From contig JBAMMA010000001.1 in NCBI GenBank assembly GCA_039794005.1, positions 1-64,000 of the forward strand: a stretch of DNA of 64,000 nt. The letters are read 5' to 3'. This stretch comes from Thermoplasmata archaeon (lineage in GTDB: Archaea > Thermoplasmatota > Thermoplasmata > Thermoplasmatales > ARK-15). Of the stretch, positions 1 through 9,385 are shown in pieces. Each line of letters opens with the position of its first letter. Position 1 is the first letter of the stretch. Both the position numbers and the translations under genes were made by a program. Below the pieces are notes generated by a model. It did no database searches, was not told where the DNA came from, and worked only from the letters and a program-made list of their open reading frames with translations.

Positions 1-536
1 GAATAGACAGAGGAATAAAGAACATTGCTGTGCTGTCGAACAATATATTTTTCAATAGAAAACATCTTAAGGAAGTGAAAGGGAGATACCAGTATTTAAA
101 GAGGAGATTACAGCACTTAGGCACCCACTCTGCCAAAAGAAAACTGAGAAATACATATAGGCAGGAGAGACGGTTCGTGCGTGATGTCAACCATGTGATC
201 TCAAAGAAAATAGTTTCACTTCCCTATGATGTGTTTGCACTTGTGGCACTAAATCCTGCAACTATGAAACAGAATGGCAAGGGCAAAAAGTTCAGGAAGA
301 TACTCGGTTTATGGTCACTATCTGAGCTGGAGAGATTCATAGAATACAAGGCAGAGGATGCAGGTAAGACTGTAGTATATATAAATCCGAAGCATACATC
401 ATATAAATGCTCAAGATGCGGCTATACAGATAAAAATAACAAATACAATTCTTATTCAAATGCAAGAATTGCGGTTATGAGCTAATGCAGATCTTAATGC
501 CTCAAGGAACATCGAAGTACTTGGTAAATCCGAGTA
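1..536 (+). pseudogene. tnpB: IS200/IS605-family TnpB (RNA-guided endonuclease), 5'-truncated by the window edge and decayed
   Basis: Frame 3 from position 3 reads IDRGIKNIAV (RuvC-I), then DVNHVISKKIV, FIEYKAEDAG and PKHTSYKCSRCG. The C-terminal FKCKNCGYE (from 455) and NADLNASRNI (484-513) lie in two other frames, i.e. two frameshifts. RuvC-II Glu appears replaced by Val (FALVAL). Confidence 0.9.
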
Positions 537-608
537 ATTCAGACTGTTGTCAGCCAGCCAGTCGTTGCGGTTCAATGAAACTCCACTCACGGGCGAGGAT
601 TAGCTGAC
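1..608 (+). mobile_element. IS200/IS605 (IS1341-like) remnant with putative right end at ...TAGCTGAC (608)
   Basis: tnpB remnant followed by a GC-richer tail in which GTCAGC (549-554) is complementary to GCTGAC (603-608); composition returns to AT-rich after 608. Confidence 0.65.
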
Positions 609-633
609 ATTTAGAAAATTAAGGAGAAAATTA

Positions 634-1319
634 TTATGATAAATCTTGAGCAACATTTACTTCGATTTTACTGTTAAAACTTATACTATTTAAAAATCCA
701 GTAAACATCAACACGAGTCCAAGGAAAAGGAATGTATAATAAAATGTCACATTTCCTGATAATGTAAGGGATCCATCAGCTGAAAATATAATGGCGCCGA
801 GTGCAATCAAGGAATTGTATAAAAGAGCATTCCTGTTATTCTTGAGTTTTATTGCGGAATAAAGGGAAATAAATATCAGAAATATGCTCTAGGAACAGTG
901 ATCAGTGCACCAAGCAAAAATACGTAGGCTGGAAATGCATTGAAATTACCCTTTAAAACAAGATTCAGATTAGCTTTTGAAAATAATATTGCGAAAAGAA
1001 AAATCATGGACATAATTATATTGTAAGTCAAAATTAGCATTGTAATTTTATTTTTATTTATCAGGGAAACGGATCCCAGACCCAGAAAACCCACATTTGC
1101 CATTGCAAAAAAATAATATGAATCAAAAAGCAGACTATTCCATGAATATATAAGGGAAAAGAAATTTATGAGATATGCGAAAAACATAAACAAAAGACCT
1201 ATGGACCAGTAAAGATATTTTGAATCCCTTCTTATCATGTATTTATAAAACAGTATGATGAAGAATAGGAAGGCTATTACCGAAGATAATAACATTAAAA
1301 CCGTATTTTCATCAAACAT
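634..1319 (-). pseudogene. Multi-pass (about 7 TM) membrane protein, frameshifted near 890
   Basis: ORF 1319-876 is hydrophobic and ends abruptly (ITVPRAYF*). A shifted frame continues SIFLIFISLYSAIKLKNNRNALLYNSLIALGAIIFSADGSLTLSGNVTFYYTFLFLGLVLMFTGFLN...QDLS* to 634. Confidence 0.7.
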
Positions 1320-1614
1320 GTTTCTAATAAATAATATACATATAAATTATTTATTAAATGGTCCAAAAAAATAAATTTAAAATTATATAATTCCAGTTTT
1401 TATAGAAAAGTTAGAAGTTTGAGGGTAGCAGAGAAGCTCTGATCTTCATAATTAGACACTCCGCACAACTTCAGGTTGAAATCATCATGTTAGTTCTTAT
1501 CTCTCAATAAAATTTTTCATGAGTGCAACTGGATTCGAAGTTTTGATGAGATTCAGTAGATTCGTTAGCATATAGCATAATGTTTATAAATAAGTATGTT
1601 ATATATTATGTTTG

Positions 1615-2058
1615 ATGGAGGAGATTAAAAATTTATTTAAAAAAATGGTATCATATTTAGGATTAGACGAATCATCAAGTAAAGTATATACAACTTTATA
1701 TTTTTCAGAAAAACCGTTAACCGTAAAAGAGATTGTTGAAAAGAGTGGTTATTCAATTGCCAGGGTCTATGCAAGTTTATCGATTTTGATGGATATGAAT
1801 CTGGTGGAGAAAAAAAGGGATATGGGTCAAATTGTTATAGTAGCTAATCCAAATTTTACTATACTCTTTGAAAATTTTAAAAAGAATCTTATGATAAATT
1901 ATCTTAAACCTTTATCCGAATTAGATAATAGAGATAAAATAATAAATACATTATCATATTATTCTAAAAAGTTATATGAAAGTTTTTTAATAATGTTTGA
2001 TAATAACGATTTACTGGCCGATTTAGAAGAAGGTATTGAAGAGAAATCGGGCCGGTAG
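1615..2058 (+). CDS. TrmB/GbsR-like winged-helix transcriptional regulator
   Basis: LGLDESSSKVYTTLYFSEKPLTVKEIVEKSGYSIARVYASLSILMDMNLVEK wHTH pattern; TTTATAAA about 30 nt upstream of ATG 1615. Confidence 0.75.
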   Translation: MEEIKNLFKKMVSYLGLDESSSKVYTTLYFSEKPLTVKEIVEKSGYSIARVYASLSILMDMNLVEKKRDMGQIVIVANPNFTILFENFKKNLMINYLKPLSELDNRDKIINTLSYYSKKLYESFLIMFDNNDLLADLEEGIEEKSGR

Positions 2059-2121
2059 ATCAGCTGGTAGATCGTTTGCTTCGCAAGCAAAAGGCCCCGG
2101 GTTCAAATCCCGGCCGGTCCA
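2049..2121 (+). tRNA. tRNA-Ala(CGC)
   Basis: Cloverleaf: acceptor GGGCCGG/CCGGTCC with G3:U70, anticodon stem TTTGC/GCAAA with loop TT-CGC-AA, T-loop GGTTCAAATCC. Confidence 0.96.
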
Positions 2122-2188
2122 TTTTAGAAATCCTCAAATATAAGATTGTAATAAAGTTTATAAACAAAAATATATTAGGTAGATAGAT

Positions 2189-2620
2189 ATGGCTACAGTA
2201 TACGACGTAGATCCGGATGAATTCATAAAGGTCTTGGCTGATAGGCTAAAGAAAGAGAATATCAAGGTACCGGAATGGACGAAATGGGTGAAAACAGGTC
2301 CACATAAAGAGAAAGGTCCAGTTCAAGATGATTGGTATTATGTTAGATTGGCAAGCGTATTCAGAAAATTATATATTAAAGGTCCAATAGGAACATCAAG
2401 ATTATCTGCCGAATATGGAGGTAAGAGGGATAGGGGTACAAAAAGGTATCATGCTGTTAAAGGAAGCAGGAATATAACAAGAAAATGCTTACAGGAATTG
2501 GATAGGTTAGGATTTACAATGGTAAGTAAAGAGGGGAGGAAATTAACACCAAAAGGAATATCATATTTAGATAAATTATCAGAAGAGATAATTAAATCAA
2601 AAGCTGAAAATAAAGGGTGA
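2189..2620 (+). CDS. rps19e: 30S ribosomal protein S19e
   Basis: MATVYDV, PEWTKWVKTG, DWYYVRLASVFRKLY. Confidence 0.97.
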   Translation: MATVYDVDPDEFIKVLADRLKKENIKVPEWTKWVKTGPHKEKGPVQDDWYYVRLASVFRKLYIKGPIGTSRLSAEYGGKRDRGTKRYHAVKGSRNITRKCLQELDRLGFTMVSKEGRKLTPKGISYLDKLSEEIIKSKAENKG

Positions 2621-2625
2621 AATAT

Positions 2626-2961
2626 ATGGAAAATGAGGACAAGGAGCTTGAGGAGATCAGAAGAAAGAAAATAGCACAACTCCTTGCCCAACAAGCTCAA
2701 GAAGAGGAAGAAGAAGAGAAAGAAAAGGCAATTCAAGAAGAAAAGGCAAAAATATTAAGGCAATATTTGACAACAGAAGCAAGGCAAAGGTTAGCAAATG
2801 TCAGATTGGTTAAACCAGAGCTAGCCGAAGCTGTTGAAAATCAAATAATATATCTCGCTCAGATTGGAAGGTTAAATAGAGCAATTACCGATGATGAATT
2901 AAAATTATTGCTATCAAAGCTATCCCAAAAAAGTAGAGATATAAAGATAGAGAGGAGATAA
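2626..2961 (+). CDS. PDCD5-family DNA-binding protein
   Basis: [29 protein letters not shown]; conserved position after S19e. Confidence 0.93.
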   Translation: MENEDKELEEIRRKKIAQLLAQQAQEEEEEEKEKAIQEEKAKILRQYLTTEARQRLANVRLVKPELAEAVENQIIYLAQIGRLNRAITDDELKLLLSKLSQKSRDIKIERR

Positions 2962-2963
2962 AA

Positions 2964-3119
2964 ATGGCAAGGAATAAACCATTTGCAAGAAAAATAAGGT
3001 TATTGAAGAGGGTAAATCAAAATAGGAGAGTTCCCGGATGGGTAATAATGAAAACAGATAGGAAGGTAACGACACATTCACATAGAAGAAATTGGAGAAG
3101 AAATAAATTGAAGGTATGA
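2964..3119 (+). CDS. rpl39e: 50S ribosomal protein L39e (absent from ORF track)
   Basis: Manual translation [51 protein letters not shown]. Confidence 0.96.
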   Translation: MARNKPFARKIRLLKRVNQNRRVPGWVIMKTDRKVTTHSHRRNWRRNKLKV

Positions 3120-3129
3120 GGTGATGTAG

Positions 3130-3390
3130 ATGGCCGATAACGAAATTATAATGACCATTCCATTTAGAGATGTGAAGCCTGTTCCTAGAAGCAGAAAAAG
3201 TGATGCCGTAATAAGATTAATTAGATTATACGTTTCTAGAAAGTTAAAAGTAGACCCAGAAAATGTATGGATTGACCCACTGTTAAATGAAAAAATATGG
3301 GAAAGGGGAAGGAAAAAGCCTCCTAATAAAATAAAAGCCAAAATACTTAAATTTCCGGAAGAAGAAGTGGTGGAAGTTCATTTACCATAA
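3130..3390 (+). CDS. rpl31e: 50S ribosomal protein L31e
   Basis: TIPFRDVKPVPR, IDPLLNEKIWERGRKKPP. Confidence 0.96.
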   Translation: MADNEIIMTIPFRDVKPVPRSRKSDAVIRLIRLYVSRKLKVDPENVWIDPLLNEKIWERGRKKPPNKIKAKILKFPEEEVVEVHLP

Positions 3391-3405
3391 ATAAGGTAGT
3401 AATTG

Positions 3406-4062
3406 ATGTTATTGAAAGGCGTAATAAAGGGAAGTCCCTATATTGGTGTTTATGCAGAAGCAAACGAAAGCATAGCAATAGTCCCAAAGGATGCTGAAAA
3501 AAATTCTATAAATGATATAGAAAGAGCGTTAGGTGTAGAAGTTTATGCAACTTTTATTGGAGGATCTCCTTTGATAGGTTCACTGTTGATATTAAATTCC
3601 CATGGCGCAATTTTGCCAGATTTTTCCGATATTGAAGATGTGCAATTTTTAAAGAATGATTATAACATATTATTTTTAGAAGATAAATTAAATGCCGTAG
3701 GAAATGACATATTGGCCAATGATAAAGTCGCATTGATACATGAAGGATTTTCTGATGAAAGCGCTAAATTGATATCGGATGTAATGGATGTTGAAGTGGT
3801 AAAAGGTAAGATAGGTGGTATTCCCACTGTGGGTTCTGTTGCAGTTATAACAAAAAAGGCATTATTGGTAAATCCCCAGGTGGATGATGATGAATTAAAA
3901 TATTTATCATCACTCTTTGGAGTTCCAGCATATGTTGTAACTGCAAATTTTGGTTCCATTTTTATCGGTGCTTCTTTAATTGCAAATTCAAAGGGTGCTT
4001 ATATAGGCCAAAATTCAACCGTTGTAGAAATATCCAGAATTGAAGAATATCTAAATATATAA
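3406..4062 (+). CDS. eif6: Translation initiation factor 6 (aIF6)
   Basis: GSPYIGVY, GNDILAND, TANFGSIFIGASLIANSKGA; follows L31e. Confidence 0.96.
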   Translation: MLLKGVIKGSPYIGVYAEANESIAIVPKDAEKNSINDIERALGVEVYATFIGGSPLIGSLLILNSHGAILPDFSDIEDVQFLKNDYNILFLEDKLNAVGNDILANDKVALIHEGFSDESAKLISDVMDVEVVKGKIGGIPTVGSVAVITKKALLVNPQVDDDELKYLSSLFGVPAYVVTANFGSIFIGASLIANSKGAYIGQNSTVVEISRIEEYLNI

Positions 4063-4071
4063 AATGAAAAA

Positions 4072-4707
4072 TTATTCAAATACCCATATTTCTGTATTCT
4101 TACCGCTAATTTCATCTTTGTTAAATTCCTTCTGTTTTCCAACGAATTTTATAGAATTCTTGTTGAAGTTTGACAGGAATTTATCGTACGTTTCAATACC
4201 GAGTTTACTTTTACCTTTTGAATAATGCATAGGAACTGCAACTCTGGGATTGATATTTTTTACAATCTCATAGGCTTGATTACCATCAATTGTATATACA
4301 GAACCAACTGGAATAAATATAAAATCGACATTTTTCATGAAATCAAATGCTTTTTTATCAGGGATATGTCCCAAATCGCCGACGTGTACAAATGATAGGC
4401 CATCCAAATAGACTTTATATATATTTACCGTTCCCCTTTCCCTGCCCATGTCTGGATCATGGAATTCCAATATGGATTCATATTTTATACCGTTTATTTC
4501 ACCATTTCCCCCATTTTTTACAGTTTTGAAATTTCCCCTAACAACTGAAATTGCGTTATGGTCAAAGTGATCATGAGTTATAAAAACAACATCTGCAACA
4601 GGATCTGGAACTGGAAGTCCAATACTTTTACCATCGTGAGGATCGAACACTATTTTTTTACTGTTACCTATCTCAAAACAGGCATGACCATGATATTTTA
4701 TATACAT
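4072..4707 (-). CDS. Metallo-beta-lactamase-fold hydrolase (UlaG-like)
   Basis: YHGHACF, THDHFDH, HVGDLG, PMHY; start moved to ATG 4707 to avoid overlap with the divergent gene. Confidence 0.9.
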   Translation of the reverse strand: MYIKYHGHACFEIGNSKKIVFDPHDGKSIGLPVPDPVADVVFITHDHFDHNAISVVRGNFKTVKNGGNGEINGIKYESILEFHDPDMGRERGTVNIYKVYLDGLSFVHVGDLGHIPDKKAFDFMKNVDFIFIPVGSVYTIDGNQAYEIVKNINPRVAVPMHYSKGKSKLGIETYDKFLSNFNKNSIKFVGKQKEFNKDEISGKNTEIWVFE

Positions 4708-4753
4708 AACTGTCACCTTAAAATATATATAAGAAATTTGGTTAAAAAAATTT

Positions 4754-5269
4754 ATGTTGTATGAGCCAGGTGAAGACACATATTTATTGATGGATTGCGT
4801 TGAACCCAAGGGGAAAATATTGGAAATGGGTGCCGGTAAAGGTGTAATATCAATTTATTTATATAAAAAAGGTTATGATGTAACTGCTGTTGATATTGAC
4901 GAGGAAAGTATTAATTATATAAAAAGAGAGGTTTATGGTATAAAAGCGTTTAGATCAAATCTTTTTGAAAATTTGGATGGTAAATATGATACAATAATAT
5001 TTAATCCTCCCTATCTCCCCGGAGATTATGATGAAGACATAACCATATACGGTGGAGAGAATGGTTCAGAAATAATAAAAAAATTTTTAAGTGAGGCATA
5101 CAATTTTTTAAGTGAAGAGGGTTCAATATATATAGTAATGAGTTCATTCAATGATATAGATAATATAATTTCAATGTTTCCACAATATTCATTCGAAAAA
5201 ATTTGTGAAATGAAATTATCATTTCATTACATATATGTTTATAGAATTAAAAAGATGAAATATGAATGA
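4754..5269 (+). CDS. HemK2/PrmC-like protein methyltransferase
   Basis: YEPGEDTYLL, LEMGAGKG, FNPPY. Confidence 0.9.
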   Translation: MLYEPGEDTYLLMDCVEPKGKILEMGAGKGVISIYLYKKGYDVTAVDIDEESINYIKREVYGIKAFRSNLFENLDGKYDTIIFNPPYLPGDYDEDITIYGGENGSEIIKKFLSEAYNFLSEEGSIYIVMSSFNDIDNIISMFPQYSFEKICEMKLSFHYIYVYRIKKMKYE

Positions 5270-5909
5270 CCTAAAAACATTGATTGAAAATTTAAAAAAA
5301 GAGGGTTTCATAAAAAGTGAAAAGGTAGAAAAAGCGATGTTGGAAGTTGACAGGAAATATTTCGTTTTATCTGAATATCAGAATGAAGCGTATATAGATG
5401 AGCCTCTTCCTACAATCAATGGCCAAACTGTATCTGCACCTCACATGGTAGCTATGATGCTTGAATATCTTGAAATTGATAAAGGCAACAAGATTCTTGA
5501 AATTGGAACTGGACTAGGATACAACGCATGTCTTTTGGCAAGTATTGCATATCCTGGTTTTGTATATTCCGTTGAAATAGATAGATCACTCTATTTGATT
5601 GCTTTAGAAAAGATCCAGAATTATTGTAAATACAAGGAGAATATATTTCTGTTTAATGTCGATGGTTCCGAAGGTCTTCCAGAATATGGACCATATGATA
5701 GAATCGTTGTTACCTGCGGTATGCCCAATATCAATGAAAATCTTTTAAATCAATTGAATGATAATGGCATTTTGCTTGCCCCTGTTGGATCAAACTATTA
5801 TCAAGATTTAGTAAAGATTAAAAAAATTGGAAAAAAATTACATAAAGAATATCTGGGAGAGGTAATGTTTGTTCCAATGCGGGGTAAATACGGGTTTGAA
5901 CAATATTAA
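5262..5909 (+). CDS. pcm: Protein-L-isoaspartate O-methyltransferase
   Basis: AYIDEPLP, GQTVSAPHMVA, LEIGTGLGY, PYDRI, FVPM. Confidence 0.95.
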   Translation: MNDLKTLIENLKKEGFIKSEKVEKAMLEVDRKYFVLSEYQNEAYIDEPLPTINGQTVSAPHMVAMMLEYLEIDKGNKILEIGTGLGYNACLLASIAYPGFVYSVEIDRSLYLIALEKIQNYCKYKENIFLFNVDGSEGLPEYGPYDRIVVTCGMPNINENLLNQLNDNGILLAPVGSNYYQDLVKIKKIGKKLHKEYLGEVMFVPMRGKYGFEQY

Positions 5910-6041
5910 TTTGAAATTTACATCAATTTCTATTAATATTCACTCATTGAATGCTTTTAAAATTTATATCCATTTCATTATTTTTTTTAAAGGCAAAATC
6001 CAAAATATTTTTATATTGGCCTAAATTAAAGGATATAAAAA

Positions 6042-6125
6042 TCATCAAACCAGACATTTAGGGATAAGAAATTCCCGCACTCATGCAATATATTGTATTG
6101 CGTGAGTAAATGTCACGGTTGATGA
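6042..6125 (+). promoter_or_regulatory. Structured 5' leader (three-way junction) of the rpl3 ribosomal operon; candidate r-leader
   Basis: TCATCAA(A)CC 6042-6051 pairs with GGTTGATGA 6117-6125; GACATTT 6053-6059 with AAATGTC 6108-6114; hairpins GGGA/TCCC 6061-6076 and ACTCATGCAATA/TATTGCGTGAGT 6079-6107; TATA-like TTTATAT near 6010. Confidence 0.65.
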
Positions 6126-6149
6126 GATAATAAAAGGAGGATTGATGAA

Positions 6150-7169
6150 ATGGCAACCCCTCATCATGGGAGACATGGCTCTATGGCCCTCTATCCGAGA
6201 AAGAGGGCTAAGAGTATAGTACCGCACATAGATAATTATCCAGAAATAGAGGATGGTCCAAGAATACAGGGATTTGCTGGATACAAGGTAGGAATGACAC
6301 ACATTTTGATGGTTGACTGGAGGAAAAAGAGCAATACTGCCGGTCAAGAAATTTTCATGCCTGTAACCATAGTAGAGGTTCCACCTCTAGGAGTAGCTGG
6401 TATAAGATTATACAAGAAAACCGTATACGGTTTACAGATCTATAAGGAAATTTGGACAGATAAATTAGATAAAGAGATATTTAGGAAAATACCAAAAATT
6501 AAAAATGTAAAAGAAATAAAAATGGAAGATATCGATATTCCATCAGTTGAAGAAGTGAGGCTTATCGTATATACAAAACCCTATCTGATATCTGGTGTTC
6601 CAAAGAAAAGGCCTGAAATATTTGAGCTCAGGGTAGGTGGAGGTAAAATAGAAGATAGGATTAAATATGCAATTGATAAATTGGGAAAAGAGCTTAATTT
6701 TACGGATTTTAGTTCTGCAGGAAATTTGGTGGATGTAGTTGCAGTTACAAAGGGGAAAGGTTTTCAGGGTTCAGTAAAAAGGTTTGGTATTAAATTGTTA
6801 CATCACAAGAATAGAAAACACAGAAGGTTGGTTGGTACTTTAGGTCCATGGCATCCAAACTGGGTTATGTATACTGTTCCAATGGCTGGGCAAATGGGTT
6901 TTCAGCAGAGGACAGAGTATAATAAAAGAATTTTAAAGGTTGTAATGCCGGATGAAAATGGAAAATTAAAAGAGGATATAACACCAAAAGGTGGATTTTT
7001 ACATTATGGAAAATTAACCAAAGGTTATGTGATAATTCATGGATCAATACCGGGGTCTGTAAAAAGGTTGATTAGGTTTAGAGATCCTATTAGGCCAACA
7101 TCAGAGAATGTGGATGAAAAGGAATTGAAAATCACATATGTTTCAACAGAATCAAAACAGGGGGTGTAA
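6150..7169 (+). CDS. rpl3: 50S ribosomal protein L3
   Basis: RHGSMALYPRKRA, GFAGYKVGMTH, TKGKGFQG. Confidence 0.98.
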   Translation: MATPHHGRHGSMALYPRKRAKSIVPHIDNYPEIEDGPRIQGFAGYKVGMTHILMVDWRKKSNTAGQEIFMPVTIVEVPPLGVAGIRLYKKTVYGLQIYKEIWTDKLDKEIFRKIPKIKNVKEIKMEDIDIPSVEEVRLIVYTKPYLISGVPKKRPEIFELRVGGGKIEDRIKYAIDKLGKELNFTDFSSAGNLVDVVAVTKGKGFQGSVKRFGIKLLHHKNRKHRRLVGTLGPWHPNWVMYTVPMAGQMGFQQRTEYNKRILKVVMPDENGKLKEDITPKGGFLHYGKLTKGYVIIHGSIPGSVKRLIRFRDPIRPTSENVDEKELKITYVSTESKQGV

Positions 7170-7174
7170 TTTAG

Positions 7175-7939
7175 ATGAAGGTCAATGTATATAAGATTGA
7201 CGGAAGCGTTCAAGAAGAAATTGAACTGCCTAAGGCATTTGAAATGCCATTTAGACCGGATATTATAAAGAAGGTAGTACACAGTTTTCAATCGAATGCA
7301 AGACAGCCTTATGGTCAATATTATTTTACCGGTATGAGACATGTAGGACATAACTGGGGTCCAAACCATGGAAGGGCTAGAATTCCCAGAGTAGCAGATG
7401 GAGACAGAGGTGTAATATTAAATAATATGGTGGGAGGTAGAAATGTTTTTGGACCTACAACAAAAAGGGTGTGGTATAGAAAGGTAAATAAAAAAGAAAG
7501 ATTTTTGGCAAAACTTTCCGCACTATCACAAACCGCAAATAAAGAAATGGTTAAAAAGAGGGGTCACATAATTCCTGAAAATATAACATTACCGGTGGTT
7601 ATTGAAAATAGATTTGAAGATATTAATAATGTAAAGGATCTTCTGATAACTTTAGACAAACTCGGTTTAAAAGGTGATATAGAAAGATCAAAGAACGGAA
7701 AAAGGATCAGGGCAGGAAGGGGTAAAACGAGGGGAAGGAAATATTATACACCAAAAAGTATTTTGATTGTAGTCAGCAATAAAGAGAACCTGGAAAAGGC
7801 TGTTAGTAATCTACCGGGTGTAGATTTAGTAACACCTCAAAATTTGAATGCTGAGATATTGGCCCCGGGCACACATGCTGGGAGGCTGATGGTCATAACG
7901 TTGAAGGCTTTAGAAGATATTAAAGGGTGGGTAATATGA
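7175..7939 (+). CDS. rpl4: 50S ribosomal protein L4
   Basis: FRPDII, RARIPRV, IRAGRGKTRGRKY, LAPGTHAGRL. Confidence 0.98.
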   Translation: MKVNVYKIDGSVQEEIELPKAFEMPFRPDIIKKVVHSFQSNARQPYGQYYFTGMRHVGHNWGPNHGRARIPRVADGDRGVILNNMVGGRNVFGPTTKRVWYRKVNKKERFLAKLSALSQTANKEMVKKRGHIIPENITLPVVIENRFEDINNVKDLLITLDKLGLKGDIERSKNGKRIRAGRGKTRGRKYYTPKSILIVVSNKENLEKAVSNLPGVDLVTPQNLNAEILAPGTHAGRLMVITLKALEDIKGWVI

Positions 7940-8199
7940 CAAGCAATCCTTTTGAGATAATAATTAAACCGTACGTGACAGAAAAAACGATGTTCCTTAT
8001 TGAAAAAGAGAATAAGCTGGTGTTTATAGTAAAAAGGGATGCTACAAAATCTGAAGTAAAATGGGCTGTTGAAAAGGCATTTGGAGTGAAGGTAGATAAG
8101 GTGAATATATTATATTCAAAGAAAGGTAAGAAGGCATTTGTAAAGATAAAAGAAGGATACAATGCAGATGAAATTGCTGTAAGAATAGGAATATTTTGA
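7936..8199 (+). CDS. rpl23: 50S ribosomal protein L23
   Basis: PYVTEK, ENKLVFIV, KKAFVK. Confidence 0.97.
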   Translation: MTSNPFEIIIKPYVTEKTMFLIEKENKLVFIVKRDATKSEVKWAVEKAFGVKVDKVNILYSKKGKKAFVKIKEGYNADEIAVRIGIF

Positions 8200-8210
8200 G
8201 GTGATTTGAT

Positions 8211-8915
8211 ATGGGTAAGAGGATTAAGTCAAGAAGACGTGGATCGGGAAGAGCAGTATGGAGAGCACCCTCTCATAGGTATTACGTGGATTTAAAGCAT
8301 CCAGATATAGAAAATGGGGAGGGAATTGTAACAGATATAATAAATCATCCTGCCCATACAGCTCCCATAGCAACCGTAAAGTTTGGAAATGATTATTATT
8401 ATATGTTAGTACCATCCGGAATATCGATAGGTGATAAAATACAAATAGGGAGCAATGTACCAATAAAAGATGGAAATATTTTGCCCTTGGGAAGTATACC
8501 TGATGGAACCGTAATACACAATATTGAATTGACACCATATGATGGTGGAAGACTTGTGAGAGCAGCAGGTACATATGCAATTGTTGTATCTCATGGTGAA
8601 AAAACCACGATTCAACTACCATCAGGACAATTTAAGATGTTGGATCCGAGATGCAGGGCTGTTATAGGCATGGTAGCAGGTGCAGGAAGGAAAGATAAAC
8701 CATTCTTAAAAGCAGGTAATGAAATTCATGCATTTCAAAGTAAAGCAAAGAAGGCCTATTATGTTAGAGGTGTTGCAATGAATGCAGTAAATCATCCACA
8801 CGGTGGTGGAAATCATCAGCATGTAGGTAGGCCTTCCACGGTATCAAAGAATTCACCACCTGGAAGAAAGGTAGGAAGAATAGCTCCAAAGAAAAAAAGA
8901 TTAAAGGAGAGGTGA
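8211..8915 (+). CDS. rpl2: 50S ribosomal protein L2
   Basis: RGVAMNAVNHPHGGG, PPGRKVG. Confidence 0.98.
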   Translation: MGKRIKSRRRGSGRAVWRAPSHRYYVDLKHPDIENGEGIVTDIINHPAHTAPIATVKFGNDYYYMLVPSGISIGDKIQIGSNVPIKDGNILPLGSIPDGTVIHNIELTPYDGGRLVRAAGTYAIVVSHGEKTTIQLPSGQFKMLDPRCRAVIGMVAGAGRKDKPFLKAGNEIHAFQSKAKKAYYVRGVAMNAVNHPHGGGNHQHVGRPSTVSKNSPPGRKVGRIAPKKKRLKER

Positions 8916-8920
8916 AATAG

Positions 8921-9379
8921 ATGCCTGAAGAAAAGGAAACAGTAAAAAGGAAACAGTCTAGTAAAAAAAGAAGGGCTCAGAAATTATCACTTGAAAGGAC
9001 AAAGGAGTTTAAATATAAAGGGTACACTTTAGAAGAGCTCAAAACAATGAAATTGGAGGATTTAATTAAAATACTTAATGCAAGGGCAAGAAGGAGTTTA
9101 ACAAGAGAAATGAACAGTGAGCAATTAAAGCTATTCAAGAAATTGATGGATCCTGAAATACAGTTGGTCAAGACCCATGTTAGGGATTTAATCATTTTAC
9201 CATACTTTGTAGGTAAGAGGGTTCAATTATATAATGGGAAGGAATTTCAAGAATTTGAAATAAAACCAGAGATGATTGGCCATTATTTGGGTGAATTTGT
9301 ATTAACAAGAAAGGAAGTTAAACACTCTGCACCAGGTGTAGGTGCAACAAGGTCATCAAAATATGTTCCATTGAAGTGA
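8921..9379 (+). CDS. rps19: 30S ribosomal protein S19 (uS19)
   Basis: KTHVRD, PEMIGHYLGEF, GVGATRSS. Confidence 0.98.
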   Translation: MPEEKETVKRKQSSKKRRAQKLSLERTKEFKYKGYTLEELKTMKLEDLIKILNARARRSLTREMNSEQLKLFKKLMDPEIQLVKTHVRDLIILPYFVGKRVQLYNGKEFQEFEIKPEMIGHYLGEFVLTRKEVKHSAPGVGATRSSKYVPLK

Positions 9380-9385
9380 TGTGTT

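Noticed and set aside
1411-1570. GC-richer intergenic patch: possible IS end (TAGACACTCC...) or minus-strand C/D-box sRNA (ATGATGA...CTGA)
   Set aside because: No partner inverted repeat or transposase frame was found. The C-to-D' spacing is only 7 nt and the terminal D box is imperfect.
1575-1612. Fragments resembling a bacterial dif site (GCATAATGT...TATATTATGTT)
   Set aside because: The half-sites are not in 11-6-11 spacing and overlap the TATA box of the downstream gene; likely chance in AT-rich DNA.
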